A DNA stretch of 32,883 nucleotides from assembly GCA_002269645.1 (NCBI GenBank), contig NIVC01004867.1, forward strand, positions 1 to 32,883. Direction: 5' to 3'. Both the position numbers and the translations under genes were made by a program. The DNA is from Macrostomum lignano (lineage: Eukaryota). Shown here piece after piece: positions 22,570 to 32,883 of this stretch (position 1 is its first letter; each line of letters begins with the position of its first letter). The notes beneath the pieces are model-generated. The model saw only the letters and a list, made by a program, of their open reading frames with translations, had not been told where the DNA came from and did not search any database.

Positions 22570-23695
22570 TCCATAGACTAAATTAGCAATCCATATAGAA
22601 TAGATTAGCAATCCATATAGAATCGATTAGCAATCCATATAGAATCGATTAGCAATCCATATAGAATAGATTAGCAATCCATATAGAATAGATTAGCAAT
22701 CCATATAGAATAGATTAGCAATCCATATAGAATAGATTAGCAATCCATATAGAATAGATTAGCAATCCATATAGAATAGATTAGCAATCCATATAGAATA
22801 GATTAGCAATCCATATAGAATAGATTAGCAATCCATATAGAATAGATTAGCAATCTATATAGAATAGATTAGCAATCCATATAGAATAGATTAGCAATCC
22901 ATATAGAATAGATTAGCAATCCAAATAGAATAGATTAGCAATCCATATAGAATAGATTAGCAATCCATATAGAATAGATTAGCAATCCATATAGAATAGA
23001 TTAGCAATCCATATAGAATAGATTAGCAATCCATATAGAATAGATTAGCAATCCATATAGAATAGATTAGCAATCCATATAGAATATATTAGCAATCCAT
23101 ATAGAATAGATTAGCAATCCATATAGAATAGATTAGCAATCCATATAGAATAGATTAGCAATCCATATAGAATAGATTAGCAATCCATATAGAATAGATT
23201 AGCAATCCATATAGAATAGATTAGCAATCCATATAGAATAGATTAACAATCTATATAGAATAGATTAGCAATCCATATAGAATAGATTAGCAATCCATAT
23301 AGAATAGATTAGCAATCCATATAGAATAGATTAGCAATCCATATAGAATGGATTAGCAATCCATATAGAATAGATTAGCAATCCATATAGAATGGATTAG
23401 CAATCCATATAGAATAGATTAGCAATCCATATAGAATAGATTAGCAATCCATATAGAATAGATTAGCAATCCATATAGAATAGATTAGAAATCCATATAG
23501 AACAGATTAGCAATCCATATAGAATAGATTAGCAATCCATATAGAATAGATTAGCAATCCATATAGACTAGATTAGCAATCCATATAGACTAGTTTAGAA
23601 ATCCATATAGAATAGATTAGCAATCCATATAGAATAGATTAGCAATCCATATAGAATAGATTAGCAATCCAAATAGAATAGATTAGCTATCCATA
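22570..23695. repeat. 22-nt satellite AGATTAGCAATCCATATAGAAT
   Basis: About 50 homogeneous units. Confidence 0.98.
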
Positions 23696-24189
23696 TTTTG
23701 CCGTTTGAATTAAGACCAAGTTTATAAAAAAACTGCTCAATTGAACCAAATTTATGGTAAATTTAGCAACAGGAGCTACAATTGAAGAAAGCCGCCTAAG
23801 TTGCCTTTCTTTTGAGTGCAAAACTGAACTACAGTAAACCTACGGTTGTCTGAAAATGCTGAGTTGAGGGGGGGTGAGTTGTCACTCCACGTCTTGCTTC
23901 TGGGCGTCGGACGGCAGTGGGAGAGTGGGATTGAAAGCGTGTCGAGCAGCTTAAGTTGAGAGGCTCTATAAGAAGCTTTCCGCGTAGGGATTCTGTGCTG
24001 TCGGGATTCTGTGCTTCATAGTTGTTCTTCAATTCATAGATATACTCAGTCTCACTCGCGTCTTGCTAAGAAGTTTTCTCACGCTTTTAAATGAAGACTT
24101 ATCAAGACACGGCCTCACTCTGCTGTTCTGAATTTCACATTTCACAATATGAAATAGCAGTTGGGGTTGTGAAATCGGGGCAGTTGGGG

Positions 24190-25125
24190 TGCAAAGCTTG
24201 GGGTGTGAAGTTTGGGATTTGGAAGTTTAGGGATGTGAAATTTGGGGATGTGAAGTTTGGAGGTGTGAAGTTTGGAGGTGTGAAGTTTGAAGATGTGAAT
24301 TTGGGGATGTGAAGTTTGAAGATGTGAAGTTTGAGGATGTGAAGTTTGGGGTGTGAAGTTTGGGGGTGTGAAGTTTGGAGATTTGAAGTTTGAGTATGTG
24401 AAGTTCGGGGATGTGAAGTTTGGGGGATGTGAAGTTTGGGGATGTGAAGTTCGGGATGTGAAGGTTGGGGATGTGAAGGTTGGGGATGTGAAGTTTGGGT
24501 TTGTGAAGTTTGGGGGATGTGAAGTTCGGGGATGTGAAGTTTGGAGGTGTGAATTTTGAGGATGTGAAGTTTGTGGCATGAAGTTCGGGGATGTGAAGGT
24601 TGGGATGTGAAGTTCGGGGATGTGAAGGTTGGGGATGTGAAGTTTGGGTTTGTGAAGTTTGGGGATGTGAAGTTCAGGGATGTGAAGTTTGGAGGTGTGA
24701 AGTTGGAGTATGTGAAGTTTGTGGCATGAAGTTCGGGATGTGAAGTTCGGGGATGTGAAGGTTGGGGATGTGAAGTTTGGGTTTGTGAAGTTTGGGGGAT
24801 GTGAAGTTCGGGGATGTGAAGTTTGGAGGTGTGAATTTTGAGGATGTGAAGTTTGTGGTATGAAGTTCGGGGATGTGAAGGTTGGGGATGTGAAGTTCGG
24901 GGATGTGAAGGTTTGGGATGTGAAGTTTGGGTTTGTGAAGTTTGGGGGATGTGAAGTTCGGGGATGTGAAGTTTGGAGGTGTGAAGTTTGAGGATGTGAA
25001 GTTTGTGGCATGAAGTTCGGGGATGTGAAGTTCGGGGATGTGAAGGTTGGGGATGTGAAGTTTGGGTTTGTGAAGTTTGGGGTGTGAAGTTTGGGGTGTG
25101 AAGTTTGGGGATGTGAATTTTAGGG
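24190..25125. repeat. G/T-rich ~15-nt minisatellite GATGTGAAGTT(T/C)GG(G)G with higher-order blocks
   Basis: Directly visible; strong G skew on +. Confidence 0.95.
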
Positions 25126-25574
25126 ATGTAAAGCTTGATTGATACTAAGTCGTGAACGTGAGGATAGGGCGTGGGCGTGAAAGGTTCCCATTTTCACGCA
25201 GGCTGCCCGCCCTCTGGTCTGCTTGTTTCTGGCCGACGGAGTAAGCGAGTGAGGTGCAAGCAATATTTCATTGATTGGCCATTCGGAACAATTCTTATCT
25301 GGCCTGATATGGGCGGCCAGCTTCAAAGCTGTTTTGGTCGTAAATTCTGTAATGTGTGACAAAGTGTTGGGGTCACGAAGGCAGTTTGACCTCCTCCTTT
25401 GCGTGTGGCAATATATCCAAGCACTGGGGATTTGGTTTCAGAGCGATAGTATCTGTATTAGTAGTGTCTTACGGTTTTTAAATAAGTGCCAGATATGACT
25501 AAATAAAGTGTCAGATAGCGCCGCAATAAGTGTCAGATAGTGCTGACATAGATGTCAGATGCAAGGACTACCTA

Positions 25575-26109
25575 AGTAGATGGACTGGAACCTCATTTCT
25601 TGGAAAACTTTTGAAGGCAGGTTTTTCCAAAGAAATACACTACGGAGATAGGAAGTTTTCATTTTTCAGCACAAAAAATGTTATTGCTTTCGATAGGAGG
25701 CAGACCAAATGTTCATCTTTTGATAAGTTGTGCCTTTGTTATAGCTCTATTGATATTCATAAAGCTTTTGTTTAAAAAATTAGGATTATATGTTAGCTTT
25801 TTATTCTACGTACATTCCCTGTACCTAAAAATCATAAAAATGCTATATTAATGATTTTTATAGGCACAGGACATGCAAATGTACGTAGAAAAAATAACAT
25901 AGAATCCTAATTTTCTGAACGAAAAGTTTTGAAAATATCAATATAGCTATTAGAAAGGCAAAATATATTCAAAGATGAACACTGGGGTCTGCCTCCTATC
26001 AAAAGCAATAACAGTTTTTGTGCTGAAAAAATTAAACTTCCAATCTCCGTAGTGCATTTTTCTGCGAAAACCAGCCTTTTAAATATTTTCTAAGAAACGT
26101 CCTTCTACT
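25575..26109. mobile_element. Diverged ~535-nt AT-rich palindrome (foldback/MITE-like), centre ~25845
   Basis: Left arm (e.g. CACTACGGAGATAGGAAGTTTTCATTTTTCAGCACAAAAAATGTTATTGCTTTCGATAGGAGGCAGACC) matches the reverse complement of the right arm at roughly 80-85% by eye, with small indels. No clear TSD. Confidence 0.6.
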
Positions 26110-26126
26110 CGAGTTGTCGGATGGAT

Positions 26127-26400
26127 TGAAGTAGATGTCAGATGGTTCTGAAGTAGATGTCAGATGGTTCTGAAGTAGATGTCAGATGGTTCTGAAGTAG
26201 ATGTCAGATGGTTCTGAAGTAGATGTCAGATGGTTCTGAAGTAGGTGTCAGATGGTACTGAAGTAGATGTCAGATGGTTCTGAAGTAGATGTCAGATGGT
26301 TCTGAAGTAGGTGTCAGATGGTACTGAAGTAGGTGTCAGATGGTACTGAAGTAGATGTCAGATGGTGCTGAAATAAATTTCAGCGCTAGAGTAGGTGTCA
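26127..26400. repeat. 22-nt minisatellite TGAAGTAGATGTCAGATGGTTC
   Basis: About 12 units. Degenerate relatives (GTGTCAGATAG) also lie at 25508-25560 on the other side of the palindrome. Confidence 0.95.
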
Positions 26401-26545
26401 GGAGTGTACAAGCTTAGATTTCTGGATAGCAGCTTGGTACGACCTAAAGTAAATTCAAATCCTTCCCTTGCTACTGTTGAGTAGGCTATCACCGTTATCC
26501 GCAAATTATCCCCAGCCTCCGCCGCCCACCGCCCCCGTCAGCAGG

Positions 26546-26942
26546 ATGTCCTCGCCAGATCCTCAGCAGCCGAACGAGAATTCGTCGCCGAAACCTGACG
26601 ACAGCCAGGAGCAGCAGGTGGAGCAGCTGCGGCTGAGCCTCCGGGCTCGGGATGAACAGCTGCCGAGCTGACTCAGCAGTTGGGGATCTGAAATCCCAGG
26701 TGCGGGTAAAGGACCGGCGCATTGCGGAGCTGCTGTCCCAGGTGGACAAGTACCAGTCCGTGTTCCACAGCGCCGGCTCCCCGATTCGCGATGGAGGCGG
26801 CACCGGCGCGCGCGGCGGCGGCGGCGGCGGCGGTGGCGGAGGCGGCACAAGGCGGAATCGCGAGTGGGCATCTCGGCTGAGCCTCAGAATGAGCTCATCG
26901 TCTCCCAGATGTCCACGGCAAAATCTACCATAAAAGCAACGG
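26546..26942 (+). CDS. PRKG1: cGMP-dependent protein kinase, alternative first exon A (leucine zipper + autoinhibitory segment, I-alpha-like GISAEPQ); four apparent 1-nt deletions (~26662, 26682-85, ~26862, 26920-23)
   Basis: Reconstructed: MSSPDPQQ...VEQLRLSLRARDEQLAELTQQLGDLKSQVRVKDRRIAELLSQVDKYQSVF...poly-Gly...VGISAEPQNELIVSQMSTAKIYHKSN. It matches PKG N-terminal motifs (DKYxSV; GISAEPQ; YxKS). Phase-2 donor GG|GTGAG is compatible with exon 32306. Confidence 0.85.
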
Positions 26943-26991
26943 GTGAGAAGGGCTGCTGTGGTATAAATAGACTGAAATAGAGACAGATGAA

Positions 26992-27905
<914 letters not shown>

Positions 27906-28519
27906 CATATCGATCGGTACTGTGCTTGTTTAGAATCGCTAAAGAATGCAGGGGTTGCCGCAGAATTCTATAAGCTCTATTTCGAAGCCCGAATCACGTT
28001 TTATACTTTCGCGTTCTCCTTTGCTTACCCAAACGGGGTTCAGCCGCTCCCCGTTATGCACTTGAGACAGCCGGGCCCGCAGCATTACCCAGAAGTGAAA
28101 AGGACACGAGGCGAAAAGCGCCGGGACCCAGACTTAGGGGAAAATATCCCTGCCGAGGATCCATGGAGCGATCGGGTTTCGCCTTGATCCGAGCAGATGT
28201 CCACTCGGTCGCGTCCGATTCTCGTTTCATCCCTCCGCGATCCCGACCTGGATCGCCTCCCCCCTGCCAGAGGCCAGCCGCTGCCTTCCCAAGCATTGGA
28301 TTATCAGGTCTGGCCCCTCAGCTCAGGTAGATTCGTTATTTCACTGCTCACTGCTCAGCGCGGTTATTATAATTGCAATATTGATTTGGTGCAGAATATC
28401 GAGAATGGAATCCTGCGGTCAAGCTGGGTTGAAATGCTATTTTTAGCAACTGAAAGAAGAGAAGTGTAGGTAGAACAAAGGCATGGGGGAATGCAAGGAG
28501 GAGATACGGAGATGACGGT

Positions 28520-29270
28520 TAGAAGAGAGGCAGGAGAGGCAAAAGAGAGGCATGAGAGAGGCAGGAGAGGCAGGAGAGGCAGGAGAGAGGCAAGTAGAGG
28601 AAGGAGAGGCAGGAGAGGCAAGGAGAGGCAGGAGAGAGGCAGGAGAGGCAGGAGAGGCAGGAGAGAACTGGAGAGGCAGGAGAGGCAGGAAAGACAGGAG
28701 AGGCAGGAGAGGCAAGGAGAGAGGCAGGTAGAGGAAGGAGAGGCAGGAGAGAGGCAAGTAGAGACAGGAGAGGCAGGAGAGGCAAGGAGAGAGGCAGGTA
28801 GAGGAAGGAGAGGCAGGAGAGAGGCAAGTAGAGACAGGAGAGGCAGGAGAGGCAAGGAGAGAGGCAGGTAGAGGAAGGAGAGGCAGGAGAGAGGCAAGTA
28901 GAGACAGGAGAGGCAGGAGAGAGACTGGAGAGGCAAGAGAGACATGAGAGGCAGGAGAGGCAGGAAAGACAGGAGAGGCAGGAGAGGCAGGAGAGAGACA
29001 GGAGAGGCAGGAGAGGCAGGAGAGGCAGGGAGAGAGACAGGAGAGGCAGGAGAGGCAGGAGAGGCAGGAGAGAGACAGGAGAGGCAGGAGAGAGGCAGGA
29101 GAGGCAGGAGAGAGGCAGGAGAGAAAGGAGAGAGACAGGAGAGGCAGAGAGAGCAAGGAGAGAGACAGGAGAGGCAGGAGAGAGGCAAGGAGAGAGACAG
29201 GAGAGGCTGGAGAGAGACAGGAGATGCAGGAGAGAGGCAGGAGAGGCAGGAGAGAGGCAGGAGAGAGATT
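28520..29270. repeat. Purine-rich 9-11-nt minisatellite (GGAGAGGCA)n with ~60-nt higher-order copies
   Basis: Directly visible. Confidence 0.95.
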
Positions 29271-29974
29271 TATCTTGAGATAATACTAAAGATAATATAA
29301 TATAGATTTTACCAATTAAAATCTGTCCCTTATTCAGCCCCAGCTTCGCTGACGTGTTCAAATTCCTTAAATCGCTCGCACATTTAGCGCTGAGAGACAA
29401 CTGACTGCAATTGCAGCAGCAGCAGCAGCAGCAACAAAGCAGAAGCAGCTTATCCATGAGCGGGCACACACAATAAGACTGCCAGTTCCTCGCTGCAGTC
29501 CATGCAGAATTTCTTCCCCGACAAGAGCTCAAAATTTCCTACAGCTTAACGCTGCGCTGAGCAAAAAGATGGAGAATAGAGATGGAGAAGCGAAGAAGCT
29601 GGAGAGAAGATTTCTGCAAAGAAATTCGCGTCGCTCACAAGAGGTTCGAGGAAAAATGAGGTCATCGAAGACAGGGACTTGAAGAATATGCTAAGATAAA
29701 AATAAATCCAAGGAAAACAGAGCCAGGTTTCAACAAGTTCTGCATGTTTATCCCCAGTGCTGCTGCAGTCCCAGAAACTGCTCAGCCAATCAAAAAAGAA
29801 TTTATTCCTTTGCTTGTGAATCTGAGTAGCCCCGTGGATTTTATCGATCCTCTTATCAGCTGGACTGGGTTTGGCGCCTGCTACTGTTGCGATAATAATA
29901 ATTCTATTTTGTAAGACCTGGTGTAGCAGTGGTGTCAGGGGTTTCTGCCGCTAAATTTAGCTACCTTAATATCA

Positions 29975-30195
29975 TAGCTAGTCTCATTAGCCTCATAGCT
30001 AGTTTCATTAGCCTCATAGCTAGTTTCATTAGCCTCATAGCTAGTTTCATTAGCCTCATAGCCGGTCTCACTAGTCTCATAGATAGTCTCATTAGCCTCA
30101 TAGATAGTCTCATTAGCCTCATAGCCAGTCTCATTAGCCTCATAGCCAGTCTCATTAGCCTCATAGCCAGCCCATTAGCCTTAGCCAGTCTAATT
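29975..30195. repeat. 21-nt minisatellite GCTAGTCTCATTAGCCTCATA
   Basis: About 10 units. Confidence 0.93.
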
Positions 30196-30499
30196 ATTCA
30201 AATAGCCAGTGCAATAAAACAGTCAAATTAAACGAACAATACAACACATTCCATATCTCTCTCTCCTTACACTCCGCAATTTCCAAGAAACCAAAAGAAG
30301 AAATACTCCAGTTGTTAAAGCAGCAAGCAGAAGAAGCCAGGCAATTGCTAAACTTGAAGAGCCAGCCAATTCCTACAGCAAGTGCCCGTCACATCCAAGA
30401 TAAGGAACGGATAGAGAGATAAAGGACAGAGGCAGAGGCGAGGCAGGCACTCGGGAACAAGTGTTGCTAGCAGAAGCAGCCAAGCAGGTCCCGCTGAAG

Positions 30500-30510
30500 C
30501 CGATTGGCTG
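30500..30510 (-). promoter_or_regulatory. Possible CCAAT (NF-Y) box upstream of PKG first exon B
   Basis: AGCCAATCGG on the minus strand ~80 nt upstream of ATG 30588. Motif match only. Confidence 0.2.
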
Positions 30511-30587
30511 GCGGCAGAATCCGCGCCAAGCTTTTTCTACCCGAGGTTGCCTGACCCCCAAGCTGTGACACTCGACAGCAGCTTGCC

Positions 30588-30965
30588 ATGTCTCTAGCGA
30601 TGGGCACCCTGCGGGAGCTGCAGTTGGCTTTGCAGCAGAAGATCGCCGAGCTGGCGAGCGCGACCGGCTCATTGACGAACTGGAGTCCGAGCTGGAGTCC
30701 CGCAACCGTCTGGTTGAGCAGCTCCGCGCCGAGGTTGAACGGCTGCGCGGCCTGACGCGGCGCCGGCAGCAGCCGGAGACTCCGGGTGGGGCGGCGGTTG
30801 GGCAGCCGATTCTGCAGCGACAGCTGAGCGCCGCCAGGGGCTTCGGGCTGCAGCAGCAGCAGCTGGCGTCGCAGCAGCTGCCGCGCACCAAGCGGATGGC
30901 CATCAGCGGGTGTCCTCCAGCGAGTTGGCGCTCTACGATGTCAAGCCCTGCGAGAAGTCGCAGCG
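30588..30965 (+). CDS. PRKG1: cGMP-dependent protein kinase, alternative first exon B (I-beta-like leucine zipper); two apparent 1-nt deletions (~30654, 30908-10)
   Basis: Reconstructed: (MSLA)[49 protein letters not shown]...[28 protein letters not shown]. It closely matches vertebrate PKG I-beta [29 protein letters not shown]...PRTKRQAIS. Phase-2 donor CG|GTGAG. Confidence 0.92.
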
Positions 30966-30974
30966 GTGAGAGAT

Positions 30975-31415
30975 GGACTGACAGACACTAAAACAGACAC
31001 TGAGACAGACACTGAGACAGACACTGAGACAGACACTGAGACAGACACTGAGACAGACACTGAGACAGACACTGAGACAGACACTGAGACAGACACTAGG
31101 ACAGACACTAAGGCAGACACTGAGACAGACACTGAGACAGACACTGAGACAGACACTGAGACAGACACTGAGACAGACACTGAGACAGACACTGAGACAG
31201 ACACTAGGACAGACACTAAGGCAGACACTGAGACAGACACTGAGACAGACACTGAGACAGACACTGAGACAGACCTGAGACAGACACTAAGGCAGACACT
31301 AAGACAGACACTAAGGCAGACACTGAGACAGACACTGAGACAGACACTGAGACAGACACTGAGACAGACACTAAGGCAGACACTAAGACAGACACTAAGG
31401 CAGACACTGAGACAG
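30975..31415. repeat. 12-nt minisatellite GAGACAGACACT
   Basis: About 35 units starting ~10 nt after the exon B donor. Confidence 0.97.
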
Positions 31416-31829
31416 TCAGACACCCGATTCAGGATGCTCATATCGATATTCATCATTCAGGCGAAATGTAAGGCGATAAAATGATGGGCTGTTGGCGCAC
31501 TTGTCCCATGCACAGATATCTGTGTTTGTACGAGCTGATATCGAACGAAGCACTTTTTGGGCCTAAAAGGGATTATGACTGCACAAAAAATCTTTGCTCA
31601 AATCTTTGTCAAATGAAAATTCTATGTCACTCGAGAATAAACTAAATTTCTTCTTTTGTGTCTGAGAAACATCGTAACGCAATATTCGCGGGAATAGCTC
31701 GCTGCTATCCAGTGTACGACAGTATCCTTGATTGCTATCTCAAATTCTCATGTGAAATCCCTTTTACTGATTACCAGTCAGTGTGTAAATATCTGGATTC
31801 CTGATACTGTGAGGAGAATCTCCGATTTC

Positions 31830-32260
31830 TACTCCAATGCCCAAGGGAAATCCTGATCTCTACTCCACTTTTCAAAGGGAATCCTTGATCTCTACCCAAT
31901 GCTCAAGGGGAATCCCGATAATTCAACTCGTACGCTCAAGGGGAATCCCTGATCTCTACTCCAATGTTCAAGGAGAATTCCTGATCTCCACTCGATGTTC
32001 GAGGGGAATCCCCAATTTCTATTTCAATGTTCAAGGGGAATCCCAATCTCTACTCCAATGTTCAAGGGGAATCCTCAATTTCTATTCCAATGTTCAAGGG
32101 GAATCTCCAATCTCTATTCCAATGTTCAAAGGGAATTCCCAATTTCTATTCCAATGTTCAAGGGGAATCCCCAATTTCTATTAAATTTTCAAGGGGAGTC
32201 CCAATCTCTACTCCAATGTCAAGGGAATCCTCAATTTCTCTCCAATGCTCAAGGGGAATC
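31830..32260. repeat. ~32-nt minisatellite AATGTTCAAGGGGAATCCCCAATTTCTATTCC
   Basis: About 13 diverged units. Confidence 0.92.
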
Positions 32261-32305
32261 CCTCATTAAAACCAGCTCAAACCTCGCAATCGCAATGCAA
32301 TGCAG

Positions 32306-32471
32306 AACGCGCGACCTGATCAAGGGGCCATATTGGAGAGACGGTTCATGAAGAACCTGGAGAACGCCCAGATCAGCGAGATAATTGACTACATGTACCC
32401 GGTGTCGCACAAGGCGCACGCGCTCATTATTAAACTTGGCGAAGTCGGCTCCCTTGTCTACGTGATGGAAG
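32306..32471 (+). CDS. PRKG1: PKG common exon 2, start of cyclic-nucleotide-binding domain A; one apparent 1-nt deletion (32324-27)
   Basis: [55 protein letters not shown] vs PKG1 [32 protein letters not shown]...[17 protein letters not shown] acceptor at 32304-05 and GT donor at 32472. Confidence 0.95.
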
Positions 32472-32548
32472 GTAATCCCCTCGGCAGGCAATTTTCCTAA
32501 AATCCCAATGGCAGTGATTCGAACCCTGCCCATTTAACACATTGGCAG

Positions 32549-32662
32549 AGGGTTCAGCCGAGGTCACGAATACGAAAGGCGACAAGATCAATGAAATTGG
32601 GCCCGCACCGTATTCGGGAGCTGGCCATCTTGTACAACTGCAAGAGGACGCCACTGTGAAAG
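32549..32662 (+). CDS. PRKG1: PKG exon 3, phosphate-binding cassette of CNB-A; three apparent 1-nt deletions (~32605, 32616-18, ~32650). Gene continues beyond the window.
   Basis: Reconstructed [39 protein letters not shown] vs PKG1 [38 protein letters not shown]. Preceded by a 77-nt GT-AG intron; donor AAG|GTGAG. Confidence 0.95.
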
Positions 32663-32704
32663 GTGAGCGAAGGCATTGTGTCAGGGATAGTGATGCCAGA
32701 TCAC

Positions 32705-32883
32705 ACTGACTGTCATTCTGTCAGGAAGTGACAGTCATTCTGTCAGGAAGTGACAGTAATTCTGTCAGGAAGTGACAGTCATTTCTGTCAGGAAGTGACA
32801 GTCATTCTGTCAGGAAGTGACAGTAATTCTGTCAGGAAGTGACAGTCATTCTGTCAGGAAGTGACAGTCATTCTGTCAGGAAG
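32705..32883. repeat. 22-nt minisatellite GTCATTCTGTCAGGAAGTGACA, truncated by window end
   Basis: About 8 units. Confidence 0.95.

Noticed and set aside
11744-23695. CRISPR-like regular 20-42-nt repeats, some palindromic
   Set aside because: Units are head-to-tail with no unique spacers, there are no cas genes, and the context is eukaryotic and intron-containing.
28054-28330. GC-rich unique block ending in a donor-like CAG|GTAG as another PKG first exon
   Set aside because: No coiled coil or convincing autoinhibitory motif, and no frame is clearly favoured.

Overview
Eukaryotic (animal) genomic DNA, not prokaryotic. About half of the window (rough sum ~17 kb) is tandem repeat, with a different mini- or microsatellite in almost every intron or intergenic gap. 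GC-rich, poly-Gly/Ala/Gln coding exons sit between the arrays. This architecture suggests a repeat-rich invertebrate such as the flatworm Macrostomum lignano (inference only). Recognisable genes: (1) the 5' part of a cGMP-dependent protein kinase (PKG/PRKG1, foraging/egl-4 family) on +, with two alternative leucine-zipper first exons (26546-26942 and 30588-30965) that both splice in phase 2 to a shared cyclic-nucleotide-binding-domain exon (32306-32471), followed by exon 32549-32662; (2) a CD20/MS4A-like four-TM protein on - (6081-7289); (3) a large unidentified multi-exon gene on -, divergent from PKG (exon 21979-22307 spliced in phase to an exon starting at 19096, further candidate exons down to ~11 kb). 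All three genes are broken by single-base deletions in homopolymer runs (15 inferred), which looks like long-read assembly error rather than decay. Non-coding highlights: a nested-palindrome MITE-like element (10311-10772), a 535-nt diverged palindrome (25575-26109), inverted satellite arrays flanking a candidate exon (11744-15250), and a satellite family sharing the core AGATTAGCAATC at four periods. No CRISPR array, rRNA or tRNA is supported. I found no clearly new biological system; the best candidates are the structural hypotheses below.
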